A DNA stretch of 64,000 nucleotides from Candidatus Latescibacterota bacterium. GTDB lineage: Bacteria; Latescibacterota; UBA2968; UBA8231. Shown here piece after piece: positions 19,012-28,324 of the stretch. The notes beneath the pieces are model-generated. The model ran no database searches. It was not told where the DNA came from and worked only from the letters and a program-made list of their open reading frames with translations. Position 1 is the first letter of the stretch, and each line of letters opens with the position of its first letter. The stretch covers positions 224,001 to 288,000 of the forward strand of contig CBDCXV010000011.1 in the NCBI GenBank assembly GCA_965223905.1. Direction: 5' to 3'. The position numbers and the translations under genes are program-made.

Positions 19012-21660
19012 CTAGTACGGCAGGGCCGAGACTGCCTTGCTGATCATCGCCAGGGCCGCGCAGAACATGCCGATCAACGCCATCCCTACCCCGAAGCCGA
19101 CCATCAGGACCATGGCGTAGCGCCGCCACTCCTGTTTGCCGTACCGCTTCCAGAAGTAGAAGCGCGCCATCAGGGCTCCTCCGATCTGCGGCAACAGGTC
19201 GTGGGGAATTCCGTTTACGCTCTGGACGTACCCCCATATCAGGAAAATCGGCAAGCCGAGAAATGCCATGGTGAAGTAGGCGACGAGGCCGAAACCCGCC
19301 GCGAACAGCGAGATCGGCCACTTGCGTCCGTCGAGCGGATGCTGCATGTCGGACTCGTCCGTAACCCCGTCGCCGTCGTCGTCCTCCCCGTTCTTCAGCT
19401 CTTCGTCGACCAGCCCGTCGCCGTCGTTGTCGAGCCGGTCCCCGGTGATGCTGAGATCGCGCCAGTGCGCCTCGAACAGCAGGGGAATGTCGGAGGACCG
19501 TTGCAGGAACTCGCCGTCGAAGGTCGGCAGGCGATCGACCTCGAAGTAGAACTCGACGGAATCCCGGGGAACCGTGCTCAGACGGGCGTCGAAGTTCGGA
19601 TTCGGCGTGTCGATGGTTTCACCGGGCGGCGGCAAAACCAGTTCCGGGGCGGGTGGTTGCCCCTCGAAGGCCCTTTCCTGCGGCGGTGAAAAAGCCCGCA
19701 TGTGCGGCGCTGCGGCAACATCGGGTGGCTGGCGGCCGCTGAAATCGGTGTAGAAATAGCCGGTCTTCGACCACTCGCCGTAGCGGCGCTTGTCGGGGTC
19801 CGGTATCTCGACGTCATGCGAGGCGCGCACCCGCCAGTACCACCAGTAGCCGTCCTGCAGGTTGTGCGGGCTCCACACGATCTGGCCTCGGGAGATGGCC
19901 GTGCCGTCGGCAAGGGACTCCCCTGCTCGCCAGCTTCGGCTGTACATCGTGCTGGAGTAAAAGAGCGCCTGTTGGTACGCCTTGAGGGGCCATATCAGTT
20001 GGGCATAGGGATAACTTTCCGAGGGGATCGGGCCGAGCCGCCACAGGAAGCTCCAGTACATCATGCTGACCACGAGGATGATTGGCAGCATGAAAAGCTC
20101 GGCCTTGAGAAGGCTCGTGAAGCGCATACCGGTCAACTCGACCACCCGGAACCCCTCGGCGTGGCCGCCGTAGTTCCGCGTCGGAAACGGAACGAACCAG
20201 ACGTCTACCCCGCGGTACCCGGTTAGAAAAATGACGGCCTCGTTGACGTATGGTATGGAGACCTCGCGGCCGATCATACCGTCGAGGCGGGCGCTGACGA
20301 ACGACATGATCGGGGCGTACACGAAGGCGATGCAGAAGAAGGTGAGGAGCAGTCCGGTGGTGACCAGCGTCGGGAACAGGGTTTTTGCGAGCACGATCGG
20401 ATAGAAAGCCGCGAGCCCGAACAGCACCAGACAGACCCAGATGTTGAAATCGCCGCGCCCGAGGTGAGTCAGGCAGTACCCGCGTACCTCCGAGGGCCGA
20501 TTACAGCCGTCGTGCCGGCAGGTTCTCGGGTATTCCTTCCGCTGACCTAGGATCCGTTCACGAGCTGCGGCGCGCTCGCGGCGGCCGCTGGCCAGGAGCT
20601 GGTAAAAGCTGATGACGGTGACCGCGGCCGTGATGCCTATGGAGAAGGCCTGCCAGAAATCGATGCTGGTGGCGATCATGGTGTTGATCGTCGTCATCCC
20701 CGGGGCCCAGCTCGGAAGCATTCCTTCCCAGTAGAGAAAGGGGCTGACGACGGTGTGCACGACTACCCCGGAGAAGGAACCGATAACCGCCCAGAAAGGC
20801 ATCAGCAATCCGGCGAATATCGGGCCGAGGTGGAGGGTGATCCCGAGCGGGGTGGCAGGCAGGAGACTTCCGAAAAACGGCGTAAGGTCCCAGAACGGGA
20901 TCGGGATCACCTGGATCCTGGAACCCATCGCCGCGGTCACCTCCGGGATCCCGACGTACACGGAGCCGAAGATCGCGCCGATGACGCCGCCGATGCTGAA
21001 AACCGGCCACTTCCATGTCTCGGCCTCGTCGCCGCTCTCCTCGGCGAGGGCCATGGCGGACAGGGCCGACATCGGCGCCGTCGGAAACGGCAGCTGCTCG
21101 CGGTCCGACATCAACCGGAACAGCAGGTACCCGGACGTGAACCAGGAAATGCGGCCGACGATGGTGCCGATGATGAGCAGGCCGATCGGCCACAGCCAGT
21201 CCGGGTGCAGGAAGGTGCGCTCGGCGAGGGCGACCGAGTCGGGCGGCGGCGCCCACCACGTCGGCAGCAGCTTGGAGATTCCGAACTGTTCCGCCTCCGC
21301 GGAGCGCACGAAATACTGGCGCCACAGCAGGTCGAGAAAAGCCCCTTCCTCGCGCGCCACAAGCGCGCTGCCCACGTACACGAGCAGGAAGATCTCCTGC
21401 CTCTTCAGCGACGTAAACGAGCGCTTGGCGACTTCGAGAAAGAGAATGACGGTTACCCACTGAGCGGCTGACCCAATCGACCCTCCCGTCACCAGGCCGA
21501 GGTACATCTCCCCCGGGGTCATGATCAGGGAGATGAAGAGGACACCGATGATCGTCCGGATCGTAAAGCCGTCCTCGAACTTGTCGGGTGGCTCGAGAAG
21601 CGCCCGGTACTCCTCTACCTCCTGCCACTGGTTCTGCTTGAGCTTGCGCCTGAAGTTCAT
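19012..21660 (-). CDS. OPT-superfamily-like peptide transporter with inserted soluble domains
   Basis: FEDGFTIRTIIG, YLGLVTG, SDREQLPFPTAP (LPFP motif), about 15 TM segments; hydrophilic inserts described in findings. Confidence 0.75.
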   Translation of the reverse strand: MNFRRKLKQNQWQEVEEYRALLEPPDKFEDGFTIRTIIGVLFISLIMTPGEMYLGLVTGGSIGSAAQWVTVILFLEVAKRSFTSLKRQEIFLLVYVGSALVAREEGAFLDLLWRQYFVRSAEAEQFGISKLLPTWWAPPPDSVALAERTFLHPDWLWPIGLLIIGTIVGRISWFTSGYLLFRLMSDREQLPFPTAPMSALSAMALAEESGDEAETWKWPVFSIGGVIGAIFGSVYVGIPEVTAAMGSRIQVIPIPFWDLTPFFGSLLPATPLGITLHLGPIFAGLLMPFWAVIGSFSGVVVHTVVSPFLYWEGMLPSWAPGMTTINTMIATSIDFWQAFSIGITAAVTVISFYQLLASGRRERAAARERILGQRKEYPRTCRHDGCNRPSEVRGYCLTHLGRGDFNIWVCLVLFGLAAFYPIVLAKTLFPTLVTTGLLLTFFCIAFVYAPIMSFVSARLDGMIGREVSIPYVNEAVIFLTGYRGVDVWFVPFPTRNYGGHAEGFRVVELTGMRFTSLLKAELFMLPIILVVSMMYWSFLWRLGPIPSESYPYAQLIWPLKAYQQALFYSSTMYSRSWRAGESLADGTAISRGQIVWSPHNLQDGYWWYWRVRASHDVEIPDPDKRRYGEWSKTGYFYTDFSGRQPPDVAAAPHMRAFSPPQERAFEGQPPAPELVLPPPGETIDTPNPNFDARLSTVPRDSVEFYFEVDRLPTFDGEFLQRSSDIPLLFEAHWRDLSITGDRLDNDGDGLVDEELKNGEDDDGDGVTDESDMQHPLDGRKWPISLFAAGFGLVAYFTMAFLGLPIFLIWGYVQSVNGIPHDLLPQIGGALMARFYFWKRYGKQEWRRYAMVLMVGFGVGMALIGMFCAALAMISKAVSALPY

Positions 21661-24600
21661 TTCGTAGGTACGGGGGAGCCGAGCATGGCCTTGGCTTTCT
21701 CCCGATGATAATCCCGGGCGTCCGCCTTGAGGGTATGCCAGAGGAGGAACTGCTTGCGCAAGGTGTTCATGAAGCGCTGGTTGACCCGCTGCCAGTAGGT
21801 ATCCTGGCCGCTCAGTCGCTGAATGAATACTTCCACGGAATAGATACCGCTGCCGTCGTTGGCTGGCAGAAAATCGAGCTGCAGGTACTGGCTGACCCCC
21901 ATGTCGAACGGGGCGAGCCAGGTGAGCATCTGCAGAGAGTACTGCCGGACCCCGGGCGCCGGCTCCTCACTGACGAGAGTCACCTTTTCGGCGTAGAAGT
22001 CGCCGATCGACTCTTCCTTGTAGGCGTCGAAAAAGTTCGCCAGGAAACCGGAGATGCCCACAACCTCCCCGGAGCTGACCATGAACGGGAACTCGAACTC
22101 CCAGCGGTCTCCCGTGGGCCGGGGAGGCTTCCATCGTCGCACCAGGTCCGGAACCGCCGCTCGCGACGCGACCCGTGCCGGATAGACCGTAGAGGCGAGC
22201 ACGATCGCCATGACTACCGCCGCAGAGGCCATCGCCGCGTACGAGGAGTAGTTCAAATTGACGCCTGCGGAGAGGTCGAAGGTGACAATCGCCTTTCCGA
22301 GGGTCTGCCCAAGCAGGTAACCCATCGTAACCCCGATGACGGCGTACACACAGGCCTCGGCAATGAACAGCAGGGCGATGTGCATCGGCGCCAGCCCGAC
22401 CGCCGAGTAGATGTCGATCTCGCGAAAACGCTCGTACACCGCCCCCATCATGGCGTTGAGGACGATCAGTCCGGCGATCAACATCGGGATCAGCAGGGCC
22501 TGGAACCCCTCGACCGAGGTCAGCCCCAGGGAGGTGTACGAGGCAACCCTGATGCGGTCCCTTTCCGGGTCGCGCGTCCCCGCGAACAGCGTCATCGGGG
22601 TCTGGGTGATGAACCCTTCGATCATCCCCCGAATGTCGGCCCCGGATTCGAAACGCATGGCCACGGACCTCAGCTCCCCTCCTGCACCGCGCAACGTCTC
22701 GAAGGGCAGAATGACGACGTTGTCCGGATGCAGATGGACAAAGGCCCTGGTCTCTTCCTCCCTTTCCGAGGTGTCCTTGACGTCCTGCGGCCGGGAGCCC
22801 ATCAGTTCGGCCGAGGAGCGGTGAAAATCGACGGGAGTCAGCGGTTCGTCATCGAGGTCGTGCAGGGCGAAAAGGGCATCGGCATCGAACAGTCCCCGCA
22901 CTCGCAGCATGGCCCCGAGGACGCGCACGCTGTCTTCGAGCGTTGGGGCCGCACCGATACCGAGGATCGCCGCCATTTCGACAGGGATCAGGCAGCTCTT
23001 CTCTTCCGGGGAATCGAAATAGTCTCCGGCGACCAAGGCGGCGTGAACCCTCGTTACATCGCGTTCCTGCGGTGAGAGGCCGAGCATCGCGGTGGCCAGT
23101 GAGGAGCGTTCTCCGTGGCTGACCCGGATGTACTTCTTCGCCTCGGAGGGATCGGCGATGTACCAGTTGCGTGGGGAGAGGACGGCGCGTTCGCCGAAGT
23201 AGGACCTCGCCGCCTCAATCTTCCACCTTCCGATCCAGTCCCAGTTGTGATGGCGGATCAGGGCGCCTTCGTATGCCCCCTCGTGCGGGTGAGAAAAGGC
23301 GAAAAACTGGACGTCCGGCTTGAAGGAGGAGAACGACAGGACCGTGAAGGTCAGCAGGGTGATGGTGCCCAAGGTCAGGCTTGTCCGCAGCTTGCGCCTG
23401 CGCATGTTGGAAATCCCGAGCATGAAGGCGGTGTAGGCGGCGCTGAACCGGCTTATGTCGGTCTGGTGCACCCTCGCCTGCTCGGCGCGGTATTCGCGCA
23501 GGTAGCGGTTGAAGCGAGTCACCACCATCAGCAGCACGAAAACCGCCATCGCCATGATGGCGAAAGCGAGCAGGACGACCAGCGGATGGGCGATCGCGAA
23601 GGCGGGATGGACCTGGGAGAGGATCGCCCAGATCACTATCAGGACCGCGACCAAGCCAGTCAGTTGCTTGCGGATATCCGGCGAGGCCAGAAGCAGACGC
23701 TCGGCGAAGAAGGCTGCCGGAATCACCAGTGCGAGGAAAAAAACCATCCCAAGGATCACGTCGTTCAGGGTACCGATCACCGCTGGATAGGCCCGGAAGA
23801 TCATCCCGCCCGCTTCGCGTATGTGGCTTGTGTAGTCGTCCCAGCGGTGCTCGGAAAGGGCAGCCTCAGCCCGATGCAGCAAGCGGCGCCCGTTCTCCTG
23901 AAAACGGGAAACGCTGTGGTTCTCGATGGCGTGCTTGCGCATGGTGTGGAGGCGCGCATCGTTGAGGCGCATCATGTCGCGAACGACGTAGAAGTCCGTC
24001 GGAGTCAGAGTGTCGCGTCTGAAGTGGTAGCCGATTCCCCGCGCCTCGCTCTCGTCGTTTCCGCCCGGGCTGTTCAGTAAATAGCGGGCACCCCCTAACG
24101 TTCCGGCCATGACTTTCAGGCCGTCGGTCTTCTCCGGAAGGTCGCGGTCCGCGTAGACCAAGGCTGCGAAGCTGCTGCGCGAGTACCCGAACTGCCGCGG
24201 TGCGCGGCCGCTGCGGTCGAGGATTTTGAAGCTGTCGGAGCTACCGCCAAGGCCGAAAAGCTCCCCGGGGACACAGGGAAACAGGACGAGGGTCTTCTCG
24301 TCCGCAGTCCACCGGGTTACCCACGATATCTTTCCGCTGAATCCCGGTTCTCCCGCAAACCTCTGCGCCCTTTTACTCAGGTCCGGGGCAAACTGGACCT
24401 CACCCGTCTCCGGATCCAGAACGAAGGCGGAAATACCGGTGGTTTTTCCGACCACGAGGCCTTTCAACGTCACGTCGCCGTCCTGGTTCGTCAGATAATA
24501 GCGTTCCTGTTGGACTCCCTTGTCGACCAGGTCGAACCCTTCGCTGACCACGGCCTGCGGCACCGGGCGGTTGGGAATCTGCGCCCGCCTTGGAAAGGAC

Positions 24601-26078
24601 CGAACCTTGATCTGATGAGTCCGGATGTTGTCGCGAAGAACAGGGTCGAACTCCTCGATATTCGACAGCAGTTCCGGATCGTCGAAAGCCATCGACAGGA
24701 TCCCGTTCAGAAACCGGATCTGGGCGGCCAGCTGTCCGAAGCGGACGCCCTCCGCCCGGTCGAGCGGACTGTTGAGGGAGAGCCTGGCGTCGTGTGTGGT
24801 GACGAAACTGAGGGCGAGTTGCCCGGCTTCCATCGCCACAGTTCCGCTCGTCGGCACTCCGCCGGGTGCCAGGGTGGACCAGTCGATCCCCTTGATCGGG
24901 CTGATGCCGTTGGCGAAAGCCGCGGTTGGCTCACGCCCCTGGGCCGCTGCAACATCTTTGGCGTTCCTGGTGAATCGGCGTGAGAATGGAACGAACAGCC
25001 GCTTGAGCTCAAACCGGTCCGAGTTGTTCCAGATGGCGACCTGGTCGGTCCGCGAGCTCAGGTCGAGACTGATGAAGAGATCGGCATTGAGCGGCTCCTC
25101 CATCCACTTGGCATATTCCTCGTTCTTTCTCGCATGGCGGTCGAGGAACTCGATCATGCCGCGCTGCCCTTGGAAGTGGGCCCCTGTCGCAGACAGGATC
25201 ACCGTGCGGGCCGGCGGGTGCGCTTGCAGGTGCCGCGCCAACTCGAGGAGGGCGACGATGCTGCACGAGGTCTCCGCGGAGGGTGCGAGGGCGGGAACGA
25301 CCGAAATTCCGTCGTAATAGGCGTCGACGACTATGGTCTGGTCCCTCAGCTCCGGGTCCGACCCGACCACCTTTCCCCATATGTTCCACGCCGGCTGCTC
25401 CCGCCAGTCCATGCGGCTGTGGATGACGACGGAAACCGGGTCGCCGCCGGCCACTCGGCGGCGGAGCTTCAGGCCGTTCTCGCGGTCGATCCAGAACCGG
25501 GGGATGTCCAAGGGGACGCTGGTGTACTTGTCGAGGGTCTGCAGGTAGCCGGTGTCCTCCGGCTCGATGAAGATAAAGGCGCGGGCGCCGAACCTGGCTG
25601 CCCGCGTCCAGTGGTCCCAGGTGTTGAACTCCATGAGCACCGCACTGCCCTCCAGCGGAAGTCCCTCGAAGTCGGCGTACTCCCCAAACCCTCCGTACAC
25701 CAGCGACAGCTCGATCCCATCAACCGGTGTAGTGGTGGTGCGCACCTGGTTGGGCCATAACCCAAAAATGGGAATGACCATATCGGAGTCCGAAAGCACC
25801 AGTCGGCTGCCTTCCTCGATCGGTACCCCGACGCCGTACTGTTCGCGACGTATGTCGACACAGTCGCTGCGGCGCAGGTTTTCCTCGATGTAGGAGGCGG
25901 CGCGCGCATTCCCGGGGTACCCCGTGACACGGGACCCTGAGGAAAGGGTTTGTACGGCGGCCTCGACACGGGCGATGAGGTCGGGGGCGACTGTTTCCGG
26001 GGGGTTTGGAAGGGCCCCGGCCGAGGAGGCCACTGCTGCGGCAATGAGGGCGGAGCGGCAGGCGGGCGGCAACCTCAT
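21657..26078 (-). CDS. Giant membrane protein: signal peptide + PA/M28-like domain + TM bundle + FtsX/MacB-like permease + C-terminal soluble domain
   Basis: SRVTGYPG, PA-like VYGGFGEYADF, NIWG.V.GSDPEL..QTIVVDAYYD; SNMRRRKLRTSLT and AVYERFREIDIYSAVGL (FtsX-type). Probable start ATG 26078; ATGA overlap with the OPT gene. Confidence 0.8.
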   Translation of the reverse strand: MRLPPACRSALIAAAVASSAGALPNPPETVAPDLIARVEAAVQTLSSGSRVTGYPGNARAASYIEENLRRSDCVDIRREQYGVGVPIEEGSRLVLSDSDMVIPIFGLWPNQVRTTTTPVDGIELSLVYGGFGEYADFEGLPLEGSAVLMEFNTWDHWTRAARFGARAFIFIEPEDTGYLQTLDKYTSVPLDIPRFWIDRENGLKLRRRVAGGDPVSVVIHSRMDWREQPAWNIWGKVVGSDPELRDQTIVVDAYYDGISVVPALAPSAETSCSIVALLELARHLQAHPPARTVILSATGAHFQGQRGMIEFLDRHARKNEEYAKWMEEPLNADLFISLDLSSRTDQVAIWNNSDRFELKRLFVPFSRRFTRNAKDVAAAQGREPTAAFANGISPIKGIDWSTLAPGGVPTSGTVAMEAGQLALSFVTTHDARLSLNSPLDRAEGVRFGQLAAQIRFLNGILSMAFDDPELLSNIEEFDPVLRDNIRTHQIKVRSFPRRAQIPNRPVPQAVVSEGFDLVDKGVQQERYYLTNQDGDVTLKGLVVGKTTGISAFVLDPETGEVQFAPDLSKRAQRFAGEPGFSGKISWVTRWTADEKTLVLFPCVPGELFGLGGSSDSFKILDRSGRAPRQFGYSRSSFAALVYADRDLPEKTDGLKVMAGTLGGARYLLNSPGGNDESEARGIGYHFRRDTLTPTDFYVVRDMMRLNDARLHTMRKHAIENHSVSRFQENGRRLLHRAEAALSEHRWDDYTSHIREAGGMIFRAYPAVIGTLNDVILGMVFFLALVIPAAFFAERLLLASPDIRKQLTGLVAVLIVIWAILSQVHPAFAIAHPLVVLLAFAIMAMAVFVLLMVVTRFNRYLREYRAEQARVHQTDISRFSAAYTAFMLGISNMRRRKLRTSLTLGTITLLTFTVLSFSSFKPDVQFFAFSHPHEGAYEGALIRHHNWDWIGRWKIEAARSYFGERAVLSPRNWYIADPSEAKKYIRVSHGERSSLATAMLGLSPQERDVTRVHAALVAGDYFDSPEEKSCLIPVEMAAILGIGAAPTLEDSVRVLGAMLRVRGLFDADALFALHDLDDEPLTPVDFHRSSAELMGSRPQDVKDTSEREEETRAFVHLHPDNVVILPFETLRGAGGELRSVAMRFESGADIRGMIEGFITQTPMTLFAGTRDPERDRIRVASYTSLGLTSVEGFQALLIPMLIAGLIVLNAMMGAVYERFREIDIYSAVGLAPMHIALLFIAEACVYAVIGVTMGYLLGQTLGKAIVTFDLSAGVNLNYSSYAAMASAAVVMAIVLASTVYPARVASRAAVPDLVRRWKPPRPTGDRWEFEFPFMVSSGEVVGISGFLANFFDAYKEESIGDFYAEKVTLVSEEPAPGVRQYSLQMLTWLAPFDMGVSQYLQLDFLPANDGSGIYSVEVFIQRLSGQDTYWQRVNQRFMNTLRKQFLLWHTLKADARDYHREKAKAMLGSPVPTK

Positions 26079-26320
26079 AGAGGGAATCCGAGGGCCCGCG
26101 AAATTACCACGGTGGTGGAAGACAGGCCCCAATACGGTTGGCATGGTTGAAGTAGGAGCCAAGGTATCCCTTCGCCACCGATAGAGCAATCTGGATTTCG
26201 GGCTCCCCCCTTACCGCGTTGACACGGATATCGCACCTGATCGACCTTGTTTCGTAGTTGGACCAGATCCCGAAGCAACAGGCATTGCCAGACTCCGTCC
26301 TCGAGCAGGAGAACGACTGA

Positions 26321-27508
26321 ATGGGCGCCACTGACCGAAAAGCGGAGAAGCAATTCCTGCATCTCGCCCACCGATTTATGTCGCTTCCGACCGCCCCGTT
26401 TCGCGAGCAGTTCGTGATAGAGGCGATCTCGCGCCATGCAGAGGAGCTTGATCTATCGTTTCAGACCGATGCGGCGGGCAATCTCCTGATCGTTTACGAT
26501 GGCGACCGGAATTCGGGACGAGCCCCCCAAGTGGTAATGACGGCCCACATGGACCACCCCGGGCTCCTCTACTCCCAACCTCTCTCCCCCCGCGATCACC
26601 TGTTCGAGCTCGCCGGAAATGTAAATGTCGATCTGGTAAAAAAGGGTGAGGTCGACATCTACGATCCGTCCGGAACCGCCGACCAGACCCCGGTCCGGGG
26701 GGTTATTGGCTCGTATTCCGAGCCAGTTGCAGGAGGGCCGGTTTTTACCGTCCGCATCGCCAAGGCGGATGGCTGGCGGGTAACCTCGGAGTCGTTCGCA
26801 ATGTGGCGGCTTCCCGTGCTGCGGCGACAGGAACGCCGGCTTCGGGGCCGCGCCTGCGACGATCTCGCTGGGGTGGTGGTGGCGCTCGCGGTTATGGAAC
26901 AACTGGCCCGCAGTCGCTCCAAGGTATGCGCCGGCGTGCTGCTGACGCGGGCGGAAGAGACCGGATTCGGCGGCATGATTGCGGCGGTAAGAGGCGATTG
27001 GCTACCGCGAGAGCCGATTTACATCAACATTGAATGCTCAAGCTGCCGCGCCGGGGCGCCCCTGGGGGCAGGTCCGGTAATCCGCGTCGGAGACCGCATA
27101 TCGGTATTCGACCCCGTTCTAAGCGCCGGGCTGGAAGCCATCGCCAAAGGTGAAGTGACCGGCTCCGAGGAGCCGAGATTGCCGTACCAGCGGAAGCTGA
27201 TGGATGGAGGCGCCTGCGAGGCAACGGTCCTGGCGATGGCCGGTTTCCAGGTGGGCGCGGTTGCCCTGCCGCTCGATCATTACCACAATTGGGGAAAGAA
27301 GCGGTTGCGACCCGAAGCAATCGACATCGACGACGCCCTTGCTCTCGTCAACCTCCTTTCCCGCGCCGCGATCTGTCGGGAAGGGGTGGCTGGCGTCGGC
27401 GAAGAAGCGCGGCGTAACATCGAGCGCCGGCTGGACACCCGCTACCAGGGCCAACGGTCGCGCCTGGAGGAAGCCCCATCACCTCGTCCTGTGGGAGCAT
27501 TGCCATGA
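26321..27508 (+). CDS. M20/M42-family metallopeptidase
   Basis: DAAGNL, TAHMDHPG, RACDDLAG, RAEETG, GACEA, YHN metal-ligand motifs intact. Confidence 0.82.
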   Translation: MGATDRKAEKQFLHLAHRFMSLPTAPFREQFVIEAISRHAEELDLSFQTDAAGNLLIVYDGDRNSGRAPQVVMTAHMDHPGLLYSQPLSPRDHLFELAGNVNVDLVKKGEVDIYDPSGTADQTPVRGVIGSYSEPVAGGPVFTVRIAKADGWRVTSESFAMWRLPVLRRQERRLRGRACDDLAGVVVALAVMEQLARSRSKVCAGVLLTRAEETGFGGMIAAVRGDWLPREPIYINIECSSCRAGAPLGAGPVIRVGDRISVFDPVLSAGLEAIAKGEVTGSEEPRLPYQRKLMDGGACEATVLAMAGFQVGAVALPLDHYHNWGKKRLRPEAIDIDDALALVNLLSRAAICREGVAGVGEEARRNIERRLDTRYQGQRSRLEEAPSPRPVGALP

Positions 27509-28269
27509 TGGAAACCGTCGACCTCGGCCTTAGTGGAATCAGAACTTCTCGCCTCTGTTTCGGAACCGGTACCCAAGGGTGGCATCACCGTTCGAACCAG
27601 GGGGATCTCGGTATCGAGCGGCTCTCCTACCTGCTGCGCTACGGCCACGAACGCGGAATCACCTTCTGGGACACAGCCGACATGTACGGAACCCACCCGC
27701 ATGTGGCCGAGGCCCTCCGCCAAGTGGTAAGAGAATCGGTGACAGTTACCTCTAAAACCGTCTCGCGAACCGCGTCAGAGGTGCGCTCGGACGTCGAGCG
27801 ATTCCTGGCGGAGCTGGGAACGGATTACATCGACATCCTGCTGCTGCACTGCCTGACCTCGGCCCATTGGCCGGAGGAGATGAGTGGCCCCATGGACGTT
27901 CTCAGCGAGTTCAAATCCCGAGGTCAGGTGCGGGCCTTGGGCTGTTCCTGCCACGATTTCGGTGCTCTCCGGGCGGCGTCAGAATGCGACTGGGTAGACG
28001 TCAATCTCGTGCGCATCAACCCGGCAGGGCACGCGATGTGTGCGTCTCCCGATCGGGTCATTCCGGTGATCGAGGCGATGGACGCCAGGGGCCAGGGAGT
28101 CTACGGGATGAAGGTCATGGGGGGTGGAAGCGACTTGGCGGCAAATCCCGGCGGGGCGATCGAGTTCATTACGGGCTTACCCGCGGTACACGCCTTTGTC
28201 GTCGGAATGATGGACGAAGGAGAGATCGAGTCCTGCATCGAATTCTCAAACCTCCCCGCCCTGGTCTGA
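27505..28269 (+). CDS. Aldo/keto reductase
   Basis: SRLCFGT, GITFWDTADMYG, SKT, LGTDYIDILLLH; ATGA overlap with the upstream gene. Confidence 0.9.
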   Translation: MMETVDLGLSGIRTSRLCFGTGTQGWHHRSNQGDLGIERLSYLLRYGHERGITFWDTADMYGTHPHVAEALRQVVRESVTVTSKTVSRTASEVRSDVERFLAELGTDYIDILLLHCLTSAHWPEEMSGPMDVLSEFKSRGQVRALGCSCHDFGALRAASECDWVDVNLVRINPAGHAMCASPDRVIPVIEAMDARGQGVYGMKVMGGGSDLAANPGGAIEFITGLPAVHAFVVGMMDEGEIESCIEFSNLPALV

Positions 28270-28324
28270 AACCGCCGCGGCTTTTGCCCGGCCTGACCGT
28301 TCTCCGGAAACCAACGGCGGTTCC

